Below are positions 46,900 through 57,265 of a stretch of 64,000 bases of DNA, in pieces. The notes beneath the pieces were generated by a model. It was not told the origin of the DNA. It saw only the letters and a list, made by a program, of their open reading frames with translations, and did not search any database. This stretch comes from an uncultured Candidatus Actinomarina sp. (GTDB lineage: Bacteria > Actinomycetota > Acidimicrobiia > Actinomarinales > Actinomarinaceae): positions 7,120 to 71,119 of the forward strand of contig CABXDM010000002.1 of the NCBI GenBank assembly GCA_902510965.1, written 5' to 3'. Made by a program: the position numbers and the translations under genes. Positions within the stretch are counted from its first letter, which is position 1. Each line of letters opens with the position of its first letter.

Positions 46900-47596
46900 A
46901 AGTTCTCTTTCTTTTTGAAAATTCCTCCACAGCTTGATTGAGCTCATCTTCACAAAATTCTGGCCAAAGAGTTTTAAAAAACATAAGCTCAGTGTAGCTA
47001 AGTTGATATAGTAGAAAGTTACTTAGCCGCTGTTCTCCTGCAGTTCTTATTAAAAGATCTGGATCCGGCATAGAAGGAATATACATATAATTTCTAAATT
47101 TATCACTTACCAGCTCGACATTGACGTTGGAATCATGGTCATTCGTAAATTTTTCAATACTTTTATGAACTTCATCTCGAGATCCATAATTAAAAGCAAA
47201 CACCAAGTTCAGCTTTATATTTGAAGAAGTTTGCTTTTCAGTCTCCGACATAAGAACTTTATTTTCAACTGGTATCTTTTCGTCATCTAAATCACCTAAG
47301 AAGTGGAAACGGACACCTAAATTATTAAATTCTTCTCTTCTTCTAATAAGAAGATCTCTGTTGAAAAACATAAGGAACTCAACTTCATCAGAACTTCTCA
47401 TCCAATTTTCAGTAGAGAAAGCATATACAGTTAGCCATTTTAAATTATTTTCTAATGCCCAGTGAATAGTTTTTGACAGAGACTCTTCGCCTGCTGCATG
47501 TCCTGCAGTTCTCTCGAGACCTCTATCTTGGGCCCATCTTCCATTACCATCCATAATTATGGCTATATGGTTTAGATCAATCTTTGTTAAGTCCAT
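46886..47596 (-). CDS. uppS: Polyprenyl diphosphate synthase (cis-prenyltransferase)
   Basis: HIAIIMDGNGRWA, YAFSTENW.R, NYGSR, RTAGEQRLSNF. Confidence 0.95.
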   Translation of the reverse strand: MDLTKIDLNHIAIIMDGNGRWAQDRGLERTAGHAAGEESLSKTIHWALENNLKWLTVYAFSTENWMRSSDEVEFLMFFNRDLLIRRREEFNNLGVRFHFLGDLDDEKIPVENKVLMSETEKQTSSNIKLNLVFAFNYGSRDEVHKSIEKFTNDHDSNVNVELVSDKFRNYMYIPSMPDPDLLIRTAGEQRLSNFLLYQLSYTELMFFKTLWPEFCEDELNQAVEEFSKRKRTYGKA

Positions 47597-48029
47597 TCCA
47601 CACCTTATCTAATATTTCATTTTCTTTTTTTCTCAATTTTGTTTCATTTAAATGGGAATAGCCAACTAAATGTAACAAACCATGGATTAATACTAGCTGC
47701 AACTCTTCAATTAGACCCTTGTGGAATTCGGCAGCATTTTTTTTTAAAATAGGTCTACAAAAAAACATATCTCCTAAAGTTTCTTCATTATGTGGATTAA
47801 GTTTTTTTATTTCCTTAATTCCAGAAAATAATGGAAATGAAAGCACATCAGTTGGTCCTGGTTTATTAAAATGCTGAAAATTTAGATTGCTTATTTCTTT
47901 TTGAGAAATGGAATATAGATTAAAAGAGAATTTACCAGGAATATTGAAAGAATAGTTAAAAACCTTAACTGCATGTTCTATGTTCTCTTTTTCATCTTTA
48001 TAAAAATATCCATTGAAAGTAACTTTCAA
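47577..48029 (-). CDS. ybeY: rRNA maturation endoribonuclease YbeY
   Basis: PTDVLSFP, LGD, HGLLHLVGYSH. Confidence 0.93.
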   Translation of the reverse strand: MKVTFNGYFYKDEKENIEHAVKVFNYSFNIPGKFSFNLYSISQKEISNLNFQHFNKPGPTDVLSFPLFSGIKEIKKLNPHNEETLGDMFFCRPILKKNAAEFHKGLIEELQLVLIHGLLHLVGYSHLNETKLRKKENEILDKVWNGLNKD

Positions 48030-48030
48030 A

Positions 48031-50202
48031 CTATTCTTCTTCAGAGATATCTGGATACATTACTCTTTGATGATAAAGACCTTCTAAGCTTTTTTGAAAA
48101 GATTGTTTAATTTTATCTATGTCGGAAAATGTAATTGGTGAGTTCTCTAGCTGTCCATCGGAGATCTTTTCATTAAAAATTTCCTCAATAACATTTCTTA
48201 TTTTTTCTTCGTCGGCATCTTCATTTAGAAATCTTGCCCGACATGCTCCTTCGAGGGCATCAGCAAACATAAGGATTGTTGTTTCTTTGGAGGTAGGTTT
48301 TCTACCTAAATGTCTAAAATCACTTTTATCAACATCAGGATTATCTATTTTTTCTTTTTCATAGAAGAATCGCATTATTGAGTCACCATGATGCTCTAAT
48401 ATCCCGTTATAAACAACTTCTGGTATTTTAAATTTTTTAGCTAGTTTAATTCCATCTGTGACATGCGCCCTGATTATATTAGAAGATTCATGTGTGGATA
48501 ATGTGTCATGAGGATTTGTTGATCCAAATTGATTTTCAATAAACATTGTTGGATTTTCTGTTTTTCCAAGATCATGAAAATATGCCATTGCTCTAGCTAA
48601 TTGAGCGTTTGCATTAATCACATTTGAGGCTCTGTCAGCTAAAGTACCCACGACTAGTGAATGATTAAATGTTCCTAAGGCCTTCTCTTCAAGATATCGT
48701 AATCCTGGATGGTTTCTATCTGCAAGTTCGGATAGTCGAAAGTTTGTGGTGATTTTAAAGACTGCTTCTATGTATGTAATCAATGAAAATGCAGCCAAGT
48801 TAGCAACTAATCCACCTATCAAACCAGTAATCAATACCTCGAATAGACTAAAGTCTTCTCTTAAGAAGAAATAGATTCCAAAAGAAATAACAGGTTGAGT
48901 TAAGGATATGTAAATTATTCTTTCTCGCAAGAGCCTTCTATCGATGTCTTCTGAGATGAACACAGATGGAAGAATTGAAAGAATTCCTCCTAATGCCAAA
49001 AGTCCAATATTTCCACCTCCAGCTAAAGCTAATAAAGCACTAGAGAGTGATAAAACCAGACTTGCTCTGAGATTCAGTAATGTAGCTGAGACGACACCAA
49101 CGAAAGAAATTGGTACTCCATACTTTAAATAATCAAGTTCTAATGTCTGAGAAAAGTAAGAAGTTCCCCTTAGGAATACTGATGCTATGAGGATCAAAGT
49201 TAATAATAATAAAAATTCTTTATCATTGTTCCAAATAGAATCGTTGAATCTCCAAAATAAAAAATAAATCAGTAGAAATATTGAGAATATAATTGGTAAA
49301 GCAGCAGTTTGAATTGTTCTCGATTCTCCTGAAAGATAACCGAAACTATCTAAGGTATTGTACTGAATCTGATTCACAATTGTTCCCTCTTGAATAATTA
49401 GGTCATTTTCAAAAAATTTTATGACCACAGGTTCTACAGAATCTGAAATCTGTTGTTTTTGGTTATTCCATAAATCTTCTTCTAATTTTTGGTTGGATAC
49501 TAAATTTTCAGCAATTATCTCAGAAACAGTTGACCTCAAGCGATTTTCAGGTATCAGTAAGAAAAGGTCACTTGTTAGATCTAAATAAGGAGGATTAGAG
49601 ACAATACTCTGTCTTAGTCCATTTAGATTTTCGTTGTTTATACCATTATTTAAAATATCATTAGCTTGGCTTTTTGCTTCTAATTCAAGTTGCGCAAGGT
49701 AGTTAGATTTATTGTTTAAGTCATAATTAGAAATTTCAACTAAAACTTCAATTGTGGATGTTGAAATAGTTGAAAACAAAAGTGACTCAGTAATTTTTTC
49801 AATTTGTTCGAGCTTTGTAAGATTTTTAATTTCCACTTCTGGTTCAGTATTTTCAGTAACGATATCTGAATCATTAACAATTAGAGTTTCCGAAATCCTA
49901 GCTTCAATAACGGCAAGGAACATATCTTTGACACCATTAATTACTGCATCATTAATAGTTGTATCTATTGAGTAGATAGGATTTACAGATTCTACTGCGA
50001 GTGCTTTATTTAATGCTGTTTGCTCTTCATCAATAACTTCGATGTAATTAGGAGCAGTAAAAGATACGGGAGAAATATCTCCAACACTTATTTTTATTAT
50101 TTGATTTTCGGGAAATATAGTGAATGAAATAAACCAAACTAGCGCACCAAAAATTATTACATAAATTAATTTTCTAGCATGGAGAAGATAGTTAGAAATC
50201 AT
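48031..50202 (-). CDS. 7TM-HD family phosphohydrolase (PgpH-like)
   Basis: Large extracellular domain, 7 TM, GTFNHS, YFHDLGK, FIENQ, EHHG, ADALEG; between phoH and ybeY. Confidence 0.9.
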   Translation of the reverse strand: MISNYLLHARKLIYVIIFGALVWFISFTIFPENQIIKISVGDISPVSFTAPNYIEVIDEEQTALNKALAVESVNPIYSIDTTINDAVINGVKDMFLAVIEARISETLIVNDSDIVTENTEPEVEIKNLTKLEQIEKITESLLFSTISTSTIEVLVEISNYDLNNKSNYLAQLELEAKSQANDILNNGINNENLNGLRQSIVSNPPYLDLTSDLFLLIPENRLRSTVSEIIAENLVSNQKLEEDLWNNQKQQISDSVEPVVIKFFENDLIIQEGTIVNQIQYNTLDSFGYLSGESRTIQTAALPIIFSIFLLIYFLFWRFNDSIWNNDKEFLLLLTLILIASVFLRGTSYFSQTLELDYLKYGVPISFVGVVSATLLNLRASLVLSLSSALLALAGGGNIGLLALGGILSILPSVFISEDIDRRLLRERIIYISLTQPVISFGIYFFLREDFSLFEVLITGLIGGLVANLAAFSLITYIEAVFKITTNFRLSELADRNHPGLRYLEEKALGTFNHSLVVGTLADRASNVINANAQLARAMAYFHDLGKTENPTMFIENQFGSTNPHDTLSTHESSNIIRAHVTDGIKLAKKFKIPEVVYNGILEHHGDSIMRFFYEKEKIDNPDVDKSDFRHLGRKPTSKETTILMFADALEGACRARFLNEDADEEKIRNVIEEIFNEKISDGQLENSPITFSDIDKIKQSFQKSLEGLYHQRVMYPDISEEE

Positions 50203-51131
50203 TTATCTGGAAATATCTCTAGAATCTTTGAAACGATAGGATTTCTTACAATATCTGTATTTTGGAATTCCATAACAGTGATTTCATCTATTTTTGAGAG
50301 TATTTTTCTAGTTTTTTTAAGTCCTGAATTATCTTTGCTATATAAGTCTATTTGAGACTCATCACCTGTGATGATTATTTTTGAATTTTCACCTAATCTT
50401 GTTAAAAACATTTTTATTTGACTCATTGTTGCATTTTGTGCTTCATCCAATATTATACATGCATTACTTAGAGTTCTCCCCCTCATGTATGCCAAGGGTA
50501 CAATCTCTATATTTCGTTTTTCTATTAAGTAAGCTAAAACCTCATTACCAAAAAAATATTCTAATGAATCAAATAATGGAACGAGGTAAGGATCAATTTT
50601 TTGTGATAAATCTCCAGGTAAATAGCCAAGCCTTTCTCCAGCCTCAACTGCAGGTCTAGTAAGTACTATTTTTTTTATTTTTTGTTCAGAATACATCTTA
50701 ACGGCGGCTGCAACCGCTAAAAAAGTTTTACCAGTACCAGCTGGGCCAATACCAAAAGTTACAGTTGAATTTTGTATGAGATCCATATACTTATATTGAT
50801 TAATATTCTTAACTTTTATGGACTTATTCTCAATTATTGAAATAGCACTAATCTTTTTTCCACCGTGCTTTTGAGTATCTTTAATATTAGTAAGTAGTGC
50901 TACATCGGTTTCTTCAATATTCTCCCCATTATCATTCATCATCACCATTTCATCAAAGATACGCATGATTTCTTTGGCATCTTTATCTTGGCCATCTATG
51001 AAAATAGTATTTCCTCTTACGTTTATCATGACATTTGGAAAAATAGATTTAATATACTTAAGATTTTTATCATTAATGCCCAGAATATTTACTACTTCAA
51101 CATTTGAAGGAATTTCTTTTTCAAAACTCAT
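50199..51131 (-). CDS. phoH: PhoH family ATPase
   Basis: GPAGTGKT, TRPAVEAGERLGYLPG, YMRGRTL, DEAQN; TAATG overlap gives start 51131. Confidence 0.95.
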   Translation of the reverse strand: MSFEKEIPSNVEVVNILGINDKNLKYIKSIFPNVMINVRGNTIFIDGQDKDAKEIMRIFDEMVMMNDNGENIEETDVALLTNIKDTQKHGGKKISAISIIENKSIKVKNINQYKYMDLIQNSTVTFGIGPAGTGKTFLAVAAAVKMYSEQKIKKIVLTRPAVEAGERLGYLPGDLSQKIDPYLVPLFDSLEYFFGNEVLAYLIEKRNIEIVPLAYMRGRTLSNACIILDEAQNATMSQIKMFLTRLGENSKIIITGDESQIDLYSKDNSGLKKTRKILSKIDEITVMEFQNTDIVRNPIVSKILEIFPDK

Positions 51132-51472
51132 TAAATTTCCTTCAACATAGTTCCGCCAATAAGATGTAGATGAATATGGAAAACTGTTTGCATGGCATCC
51201 TTGTTTGTATTCCATAATAAACGATATCCTGATTCATCAATTCTAAGACTTTTAGCAATATTTTTTGCAGTTAACACTAGTTTACCAATTAATACTGCAT
51301 CATCTTGCGTAAGGTCATTAATGGTTTTTATCTTTTTTTTAGGAATTATTAATACATGTATAGGGGCAACTGGATTAATGTCATGTATTGCAAATATTTC
51401 ATCATCTTCGTAAATAATTTCAGAATCGATTTCTTTGTTGAGGATCATCTCAAATATTGATTTTTCTTCCAT
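51131..51472 (-). CDS. HIT (histidine triad) nucleotide-binding protein
   Basis: DINPVAPIHVLIIPK, QTVFHIHLHLIGG. Confidence 0.95.
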   Translation of the reverse strand: MEEKSIFEMILNKEIDSEIIYEDDEIFAIHDINPVAPIHVLIIPKKKIKTINDLTQDDAVLIGKLVLTAKNIAKSLRIDESGYRLLWNTNKDAMQTVFHIHLHLIGGTMLKEI

Positions 51473-51480
51473 AATAAATT

Positions 51481-52113
51481 CTACATCATTAAGGATACAG
51501 CAACTACAGCAGCAGTATCAGATCTTAGAGTAAAATCACTTAGTTTAGAGATATATCTAAATTTTTTTAATTCCTCATTACTCCAACCACCCTCAGGACC
51601 AATTGCAAAATTTGTGGACTCAATATTCTTTTTGAGAGATTTGCCAGTAATGTCAAAAGTGTGTTGAAATTTATTGAAGTCAAGTTTATCCTCTAGAATC
51701 ACTTTTGGCACAAAGGGAATACCCGACTGTTCAATTGCTCCGACTATCCATGTATTTACTTTTTTAGCATCGATATTAACTTTTTGAGAATTCATGGTTG
51801 GACCAATTGTTATACTTTTTACACCAAGCTCAGTCAATTTTTCAATTAGCTGTCTCATTCTTGTTTTATCTTGAAGTTTTGCTATGAATATGTTTAATTC
51901 ATTGTTTCTTTGGTGGGTATCAGTTTTAGAAATATCTACCTTTGAATTATATATTCTACCATGGGAAATAATACCTTCACCATTGGTAACCATCACATCA
52001 GATCCATTTTTTACTCTAAGAACATTGTTTAAATGATGTACCTTCTCTTCAGTAAGGATATAGTCTTCTTTTGAAGACTCATATTTAGCATCAAATATTG
52101 TTGGTATGTGCAT
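51481..52113 (-). CDS. rsmE: 16S rRNA m3U1498 methyltransferase
   Basis: HHLNNVLR, EKLTELGV, EQS, IGPEGGW, LRSDTA. Confidence 0.92.
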   Translation of the reverse strand: MHIPTIFDAKYESSKEDYILTEEKVHHLNNVLRVKNGSDVMVTNGEGIISHGRIYNSKVDISKTDTHQRNNELNIFIAKLQDKTRMRQLIEKLTELGVKSITIGPTMNSQKVNIDAKKVNTWIVGAIEQSGIPFVPKVILEDKLDFNKFQHTFDITGKSLKKNIESTNFAIGPEGGWSNEELKKFRYISKLSDFTLRSDTAAVVAVSLMM

Positions 52114-53891
52114 TATTGTTTTAAAAATTCTTTAAAAGCTTCTTTTGGAACAGCTACTTTGCCAATATTGCGCATCTTCTTTTTGCCTTCTTTTTGTTTC
52201 TCAAGGAGCTTTCTTTTTCTTGTTATATCACCACCATATAACTTTGCCGTAACATCTTTTCTTAGGGCCTTAATGGTTTCTCTAGCAATAATCCTAGATC
52301 CTACTGCTGCCTGGATTGGGATATCAAATTGTTGTCTTGGAATTAACTCAGAAAGTTTTTTAACTCTATTTCTGCCAACAAACTCTGCATTTTCTTTGGC
52401 GAGTATTGAACTAAACGAATCTATTGATATTCCGTTAACTAATATATCTAGTTTTACTAAATTTCCTTTTTCGAAATCTAAGATTTGATAATCTAATGAT
52501 GCAAATCCTTGAGATATTGATTTCAATGAATCATAAAATCCAGTTACCAGTTCTAAAAGAGGCATTCTGTACTTTAATTTAACCATCGATGTACTCAAGT
52601 AATTTAAATCTAACTGGGTGCCTCTCTTCTCATTCAATAAATTCATTATTGAACCTAGATACTCTTTTGGGAAAAGTAAATCAAGTTCACAGATTCTTTC
52701 CTGTATGGATTTAATGTCCGTATATTCCTCTATTTTTGATGGATTCCTAATTATTATTTCTTCGTCATTATTACGTACAATCTTGAACTCAACGGATGGA
52801 GGTGTGACAATTAAAGAAAGATTAAACTCTCTTTCTAATCTTTCTATAACAATTTCTAAATGTAAGAGTCCTAAAAATCCACACCTAAAACCAAATCCAA
52901 AAGCAGAAGATGTTTCAGGCTCATAATAAAAACTTGCATCATTCAAAACATATTTATCCAGTGAATCCCTTAATTTTGCATAATCATCTGAATCAGCTGG
53001 ATAAATACTAGAGAAGACAGTTGGCTGTGGTTCCTTATAGCCGGAAACAACAATTGGATTTTCATCTTCTTGACTTACTAGAGTATCTCCTACTCTTATT
53101 TGGGATAATTCTTTCGCTCCGGTGACTATGTATCCAACTTCACCGGAAGATAATAAATTAGCTGGAGAAAGTTTCAAATCAAAATAACCAATTTCTGAGG
53201 CCTCAAAATCAAATTTAGAGTTAATAAGTTTCAATTTCGAATTAGTTTTGACCTCCCCTCCAAACACTCTTACGGATGCGATTACTCCTCTATAAGGATC
53301 GAAGTATGAGTCGAAGATTAGTGCATTTGTATTTTCTGCTTTTGTTACTGGAGAACTTATTAAACTGGGAATTTCTTTTATTAGTTCATCAACACCTAAT
53401 CCACTTTTAGCTGAAATTTTAAAAATTTCTTCATCTCTTGCTCCAATAAGGTTAAAAATCTGTTTTGTTACATTTTCAACATCAACATCAATTGAATCAA
53501 CCTTATTTATTACTGGAATTATATCTAAGCCTGCCTCTATGGCGGCATATGAATGTGCAAATGTCTGGGCCTGTACACCTTGAGTACCATCCACTAGTAG
53601 AATTGCACCATCACATGCTATGAGTGCTCTGGATACTTCATAAGAAAAATCGACATGTCCAGGGGTGTCTATAAGGTTTATCTGCATATTCCCAAAATTT
53701 AATCGAATTGGTTGTGACTTGATTGTAATACCGCGCTCTCTTTCAAGGTCCATAGTGTCTAATATTTGATCAACATGATCACCTGGAGTAATTAACCCAG
53801 AAATTTCGATGAGCCTATCAGCCAAAGTGGATTTTCCATGATCAACATGGGCAATGATTGAAATATTTCTTATATTTTTATTAGTTAACAT
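52113..53891 (-). CDS. lepA: Elongation factor 4
   Basis: AHVDHGKSTLADR, DTPGHVDFSYEV, GFRCGFLGLLH, YGGDITRKRKLLEKQKEGKK. Confidence 0.98.
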   Translation of the reverse strand: MLTNKNIRNISIIAHVDHGKSTLADRLIEISGLITPGDHVDQILDTMDLERERGITIKSQPIRLNFGNMQINLIDTPGHVDFSYEVSRALIACDGAILLVDGTQGVQAQTFAHSYAAIEAGLDIIPVINKVDSIDVDVENVTKQIFNLIGARDEEIFKISAKSGLGVDELIKEIPSLISSPVTKAENTNALIFDSYFDPYRGVIASVRVFGGEVKTNSKLKLINSKFDFEASEIGYFDLKLSPANLLSSGEVGYIVTGAKELSQIRVGDTLVSQEDENPIVVSGYKEPQPTVFSSIYPADSDDYAKLRDSLDKYVLNDASFYYEPETSSAFGFGFRCGFLGLLHLEIVIERLEREFNLSLIVTPPSVEFKIVRNNDEEIIIRNPSKIEEYTDIKSIQERICELDLLFPKEYLGSIMNLLNEKRGTQLDLNYLSTSMVKLKYRMPLLELVTGFYDSLKSISQGFASLDYQILDFEKGNLVKLDILVNGISIDSFSSILAKENAEFVGRNRVKKLSELIPRQQFDIPIQAAVGSRIIARETIKALRKDVTAKLYGGDITRKRKLLEKQKEGKKKMRNIGKVAVPKEAFKEFLKQ

Positions 53892-53930
53892 CTTTATTAA
53901 GTTATTATCTTATATACAAAGGGGTTTTAG

Positions 53931-54167
53931 ATGGCAAATATTAAATCACAAAAAAAAAGAATTAGGCAAGATGCAAAGAAAAATTTGCGAAACAAGTCTG
54001 TAAAAACTGAACTTAAATCATCTCTCAAATCTCTATACGATGAAAATAATCAAGTAATTGTAGAAAAAAAAGCATCCGTAATGAAAGAACTTGACAAAGC
54101 ATTTACCGATGGAATTATTTCAAAGAACTATAGAGATAGAAACAAATCTAGAATTTCAAAACTCTAA
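53931..54167 (+). CDS. rpsT: 30S ribosomal protein S20
   Basis: MANIKSQKKR, LDKA..GII.KN...R.KSR; divergent from lepA. Confidence 0.96.
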   Translation: MANIKSQKKRIRQDAKKNLRNKSVKTELKSSLKSLYDENNQVIVEKKASVMKELDKAFTDGIISKNYRDRNKSRISKL

Positions 54168-54833
54168 AAGCTGTTTAACTCCAACTACAAACCTTTTATT
54201 GTTTTCTTGATTAAACCCTGATTTATTAATTAGCAACTCAATCTTCTTTAGTTGATGAAATGACTTTTCTAAGTTAACTGTACTTATCATATTTAATCTT
54301 TTTTCAGCTAATTCATATTTAAAATCTATTTTCTCGTCTAGCAATTGTGAAATTTTTTCTACATCATTATCGTTCAATAAATTTATCCTTAAGAGCTCTT
54401 TGTTGAGGTAAGAAATAAATTGTCTAAATAAAGTTTCATCACCACAAAATTTAGTAATAACTTCGTTTGAAAGTGACTGTTTTTTATTAAATATAATATT
54501 GCTGAGATCCCAGGGAAGAAATTTATCTTTATCTTTGATTAATCCTTCAATGACTTCTATATCCTTAGACACTTCCGAAAATTTACTTAAACTATTCTTT
54601 TTAATCTGAAAAATACAATTAGATGAGAATTTATAGTTACTATTTGATAATTCTCTGAAATTAACAAATTGGTCATATATAAATTTAATATTGTCCTCTT
54701 CAAATAGTGACGCTGTAGTATTTGAAGAGAAATCACTATATTTTATAAATTCGACAGTGTCTTGAATGTTTGAGAATTTAATAAAATCTTGTTTATTAGT
54801 AATAAGTTTTTCTGTAATAAGTAACTTTGTCAT
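54156..54833 (-). CDS. holA: Probable highly diverged DNA polymerase III delta subunit
   Basis: Called mainly from its leuS-x-rpsT position; weak SLFE and PWDL similarity; only 225 aa. Confidence 0.45.
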   Translation of the reverse strand: MTKLLITEKLITNKQDFIKFSNIQDTVEFIKYSDFSSNTTASLFEEDNIKFIYDQFVNFRELSNSNYKFSSNCIFQIKKNSLSKFSEVSKDIEVIEGLIKDKDKFLPWDLSNIIFNKKQSLSNEVITKFCGDETLFRQFISYLNKELLRINLLNDNDVEKISQLLDEKIDFKYELAEKRLNMISTVNLEKSFHQLKKIELLINKSGFNQENNKRFVVGVKQLLEF

Positions 54834-57265
54834 CAACCTACGTAATTTATTATCTTATCTTGTACAAAAATTACTTTTTTATAGTCTTTAACAACTAGTT
54901 TGAAATTCTCAAAACATAATTGTTCAATCTCTGTTTGCTGTAATCCCCTAGAAGCTTCTATGGCATGTTTCTTCTTGCCATTAACTTGAACTACTAACTC
55001 ATATGTTGGGTTTTTTATTTTTTCTTTATTTACTGATGGCCAATTATGTTCTGTAATTTCTGTGTTAAAATTTCTCTGAAAGATTTCTGATGATATATGT
55101 GGGGCAAATGGATTTAATAATAAACATACATTTTGTAATGTTGATTTTTTTACTTCAGAGGAAATTACTTTGTTGTTCTTTATGTAATCAGTAATTTGAT
55201 TATTGATTTTCATTAGGTCAGACACCGCTGTATTGAATTCAAATTTTTCGAGGTGCTTGGTTACTGAATCAATAGTTTGGTTTAAATAAATTTCTAATTT
55301 TTCTTCATCGCTATTTTTTGAATCAATCTCTTCTAGTTCTGAGATTGTCTCAAGGTTATCCCATAACTTAAACAAGAATCTCCTCGTGCCCTCTATTCCT
55401 CCATCGTTCCATTCAACTCCGTCACTTGGTGGGGCCATAAATAGAATGTACAGTCTTAAAGCATCAGCACCGTGACTTTTAAAATAACCTTCTGGATCAA
55501 CTATGTTTCCTTTTGATTTTGACATTTTTGATCCCTTAAAATTAATCATGCCTTGTGAGAAAAGATTCTCGAAAGGTTCATTAACTTTCACCATGTCCAG
55601 ATCTCTTAGTGCTTTAACAAAAAAGCGGGAATAAAGTAAGTGTAAAATAGCATGCTCAACTCCTCCAATATATTGGTCTACAGGAAGCCAATTATTTATA
55701 TGCTCTTCATTAAATGGCTTTTCTGAATTTTTAGGGTCTAGGTATCTCATAAAATACCATGATGAATCAACAAAAGTATCCATAGTATCTGTTTCTCTTG
55801 TTGCCGGGTTGCCGCATTCAGGACAATTTACGTTAACGAAACTCTCACTTTTAGACAAAGGTGAACCATCTGTGTTCAAATAATCATCAATTTCAGGAAG
55901 TTTGACCGGTAAGTTTTCAATATTTTCAGCAACAAGTCCACACTTGTTACAATTTACTAAAGGTATTGGGCAGCCCCAATATCTTTGTCTACTGATTAGC
56001 CAATCTCTAAGTCTATAAGTTGTTTTCGCAGAACCTATGTTACTCTCTGTCAATTTTTTAATAATCTGAGAAGAGGCTTCCTCATGGGAATTTAGTCCAT
56101 CAAAGTTATCTGAATTAACTAACTCTCCATGTCCTGTATAAGCTTCTAATTCAATATCTCCTTCTTTATTGGGATCCTTAATCACCTGTTTAATCTCAAT
56201 ATTATACTTTTTAGCAAAATCATAATCTCTTTGATCGTGGCCAGGAACTGCCATTATTGCACCGGTACCATAGTTGATTAAAACATAGTCTGCAATCCAC
56301 AGTGGTATTGATTCATTAGTGAGTGGATTAATAACAAACAACCCTGTGTCAACCCCTGTCTTCTCTTTAGTAATAGACATTCTCTCAAATTCAGACTTTG
56401 AGGAGGCTGAAGAAATATAATTTTTAATATTTTCCTGATTTTTAGATAGATCAAGGATATTTTTCATTAATTTGTGTTCTGGAGATATTACAGCAAAGGT
56501 CATACCGAATAACGTATCAGGTCTGGTGGTAAACACTTCTATGGATATATCACTATCTATTACTTCAAGATTAAATTGTGCTCCAACAGATTTTCCAATC
56601 CAGTTTTTCTGCATTGATTTAACATTTTCTGGCCAATCTCCAATATCATTAAGTCCACTCAGAAGTTCTTCAGAGTATTTTGAAATACTTAAAAACCACT
56701 GATTAAGATTTTTCTGAGTGACAATTGCATCACACCTATCACAATTTCCTTCGATAACTTGTTCATTAGCTAGAACCGTCTTACAAGAGGTGCACCAATT
56801 GACCGGAGCATCTTTTTTATAGGCTAAATCATTGTTGAAAAGTTGTATGAATAAATATTGAGTCCACTTGTAGTATTCCTCTGTATGTGCAGCAACTTCT
56901 CTATCCCAGTCATATAACGACCCAAGTCTAATTATCTGATCTTTCATGTTTTTCATTCTGTCTTCAGTAAATTTCTTAGGATGTATACCTGTTTTAATTG
57001 CTGCATTTTCGGCAGGAAGGCCAAAAGAATCCCAACCCATTGGTGAGAGTACGTTATAGCCAATTAGTTTTTTATATCGCGTAATCACGTCACCAATTGT
57101 GTAGTTTCTTATATGCCCCATGTGCAAATCTCCAGAGGGATATGGATACATACATAAATTATAAAACTTTGGCTTTTGTGAATTTAAATCACATTTACCA
57201 AGATTTGAATTAGCCCAGTTACTTTGCCATTTTTTTTCAAATTCTGAAAATTTATAATCACTCAC
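54833..57265 (-). CDS. leuS: Leucine--tRNA ligase
   Basis: PYPSGDLHMGH, FTTRPDT, WLISRQRYWGCPIP, YIGGVEHA, KMSKS. Confidence 0.98.
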   Translation of the reverse strand: MSDYKFSEFEKKWQSNWANSNLGKCDLNSQKPKFYNLCMYPYPSGDLHMGHIRNYTIGDVITRYKKLIGYNVLSPMGWDSFGLPAENAAIKTGIHPKKFTEDRMKNMKDQIIRLGSLYDWDREVAAHTEEYYKWTQYLFIQLFNNDLAYKKDAPVNWCTSCKTVLANEQVIEGNCDRCDAIVTQKNLNQWFLSISKYSEELLSGLNDIGDWPENVKSMQKNWIGKSVGAQFNLEVIDSDISIEVFTTRPDTLFGMTFAVISPEHKLMKNILDLSKNQENIKNYISSASSKSEFERMSITKEKTGVDTGLFVINPLTNESIPLWIADYVLINYGTGAIMAVPGHDQRDYDFAKKYNIEIKQVIKDPNKEGDIELEAYTGHGELVNSDNFDGLNSHEEASSQIIKKLTESNIGSAKTTYRLRDWLISRQRYWGCPIPLVNCNKCGLVAENIENLPVKLPEIDDYLNTDGSPLSKSESFVNVNCPECGNPATRETDTMDTFVDSSWYFMRYLDPKNSEKPFNEEHINNWLPVDQYIGGVEHAILHLLYSRFFVKALRDLDMVKVNEPFENLFSQGMINFKGSKMSKSKGNIVDPEGYFKSHGADALRLYILFMAPPSDGVEWNDGGIEGTRRFLFKLWDNLETISELEEIDSKNSDEEKLEIYLNQTIDSVTKHLEKFEFNTAVSDLMKINNQITDYIKNNKVISSEVKKSTLQNVCLLLNPFAPHISSEIFQRNFNTEITEHNWPSVNKEKIKNPTYELVVQVNGKKKHAIEASRGLQQTEIEQLCFENFKLVVKDYKKVIFVQDKIINYVG

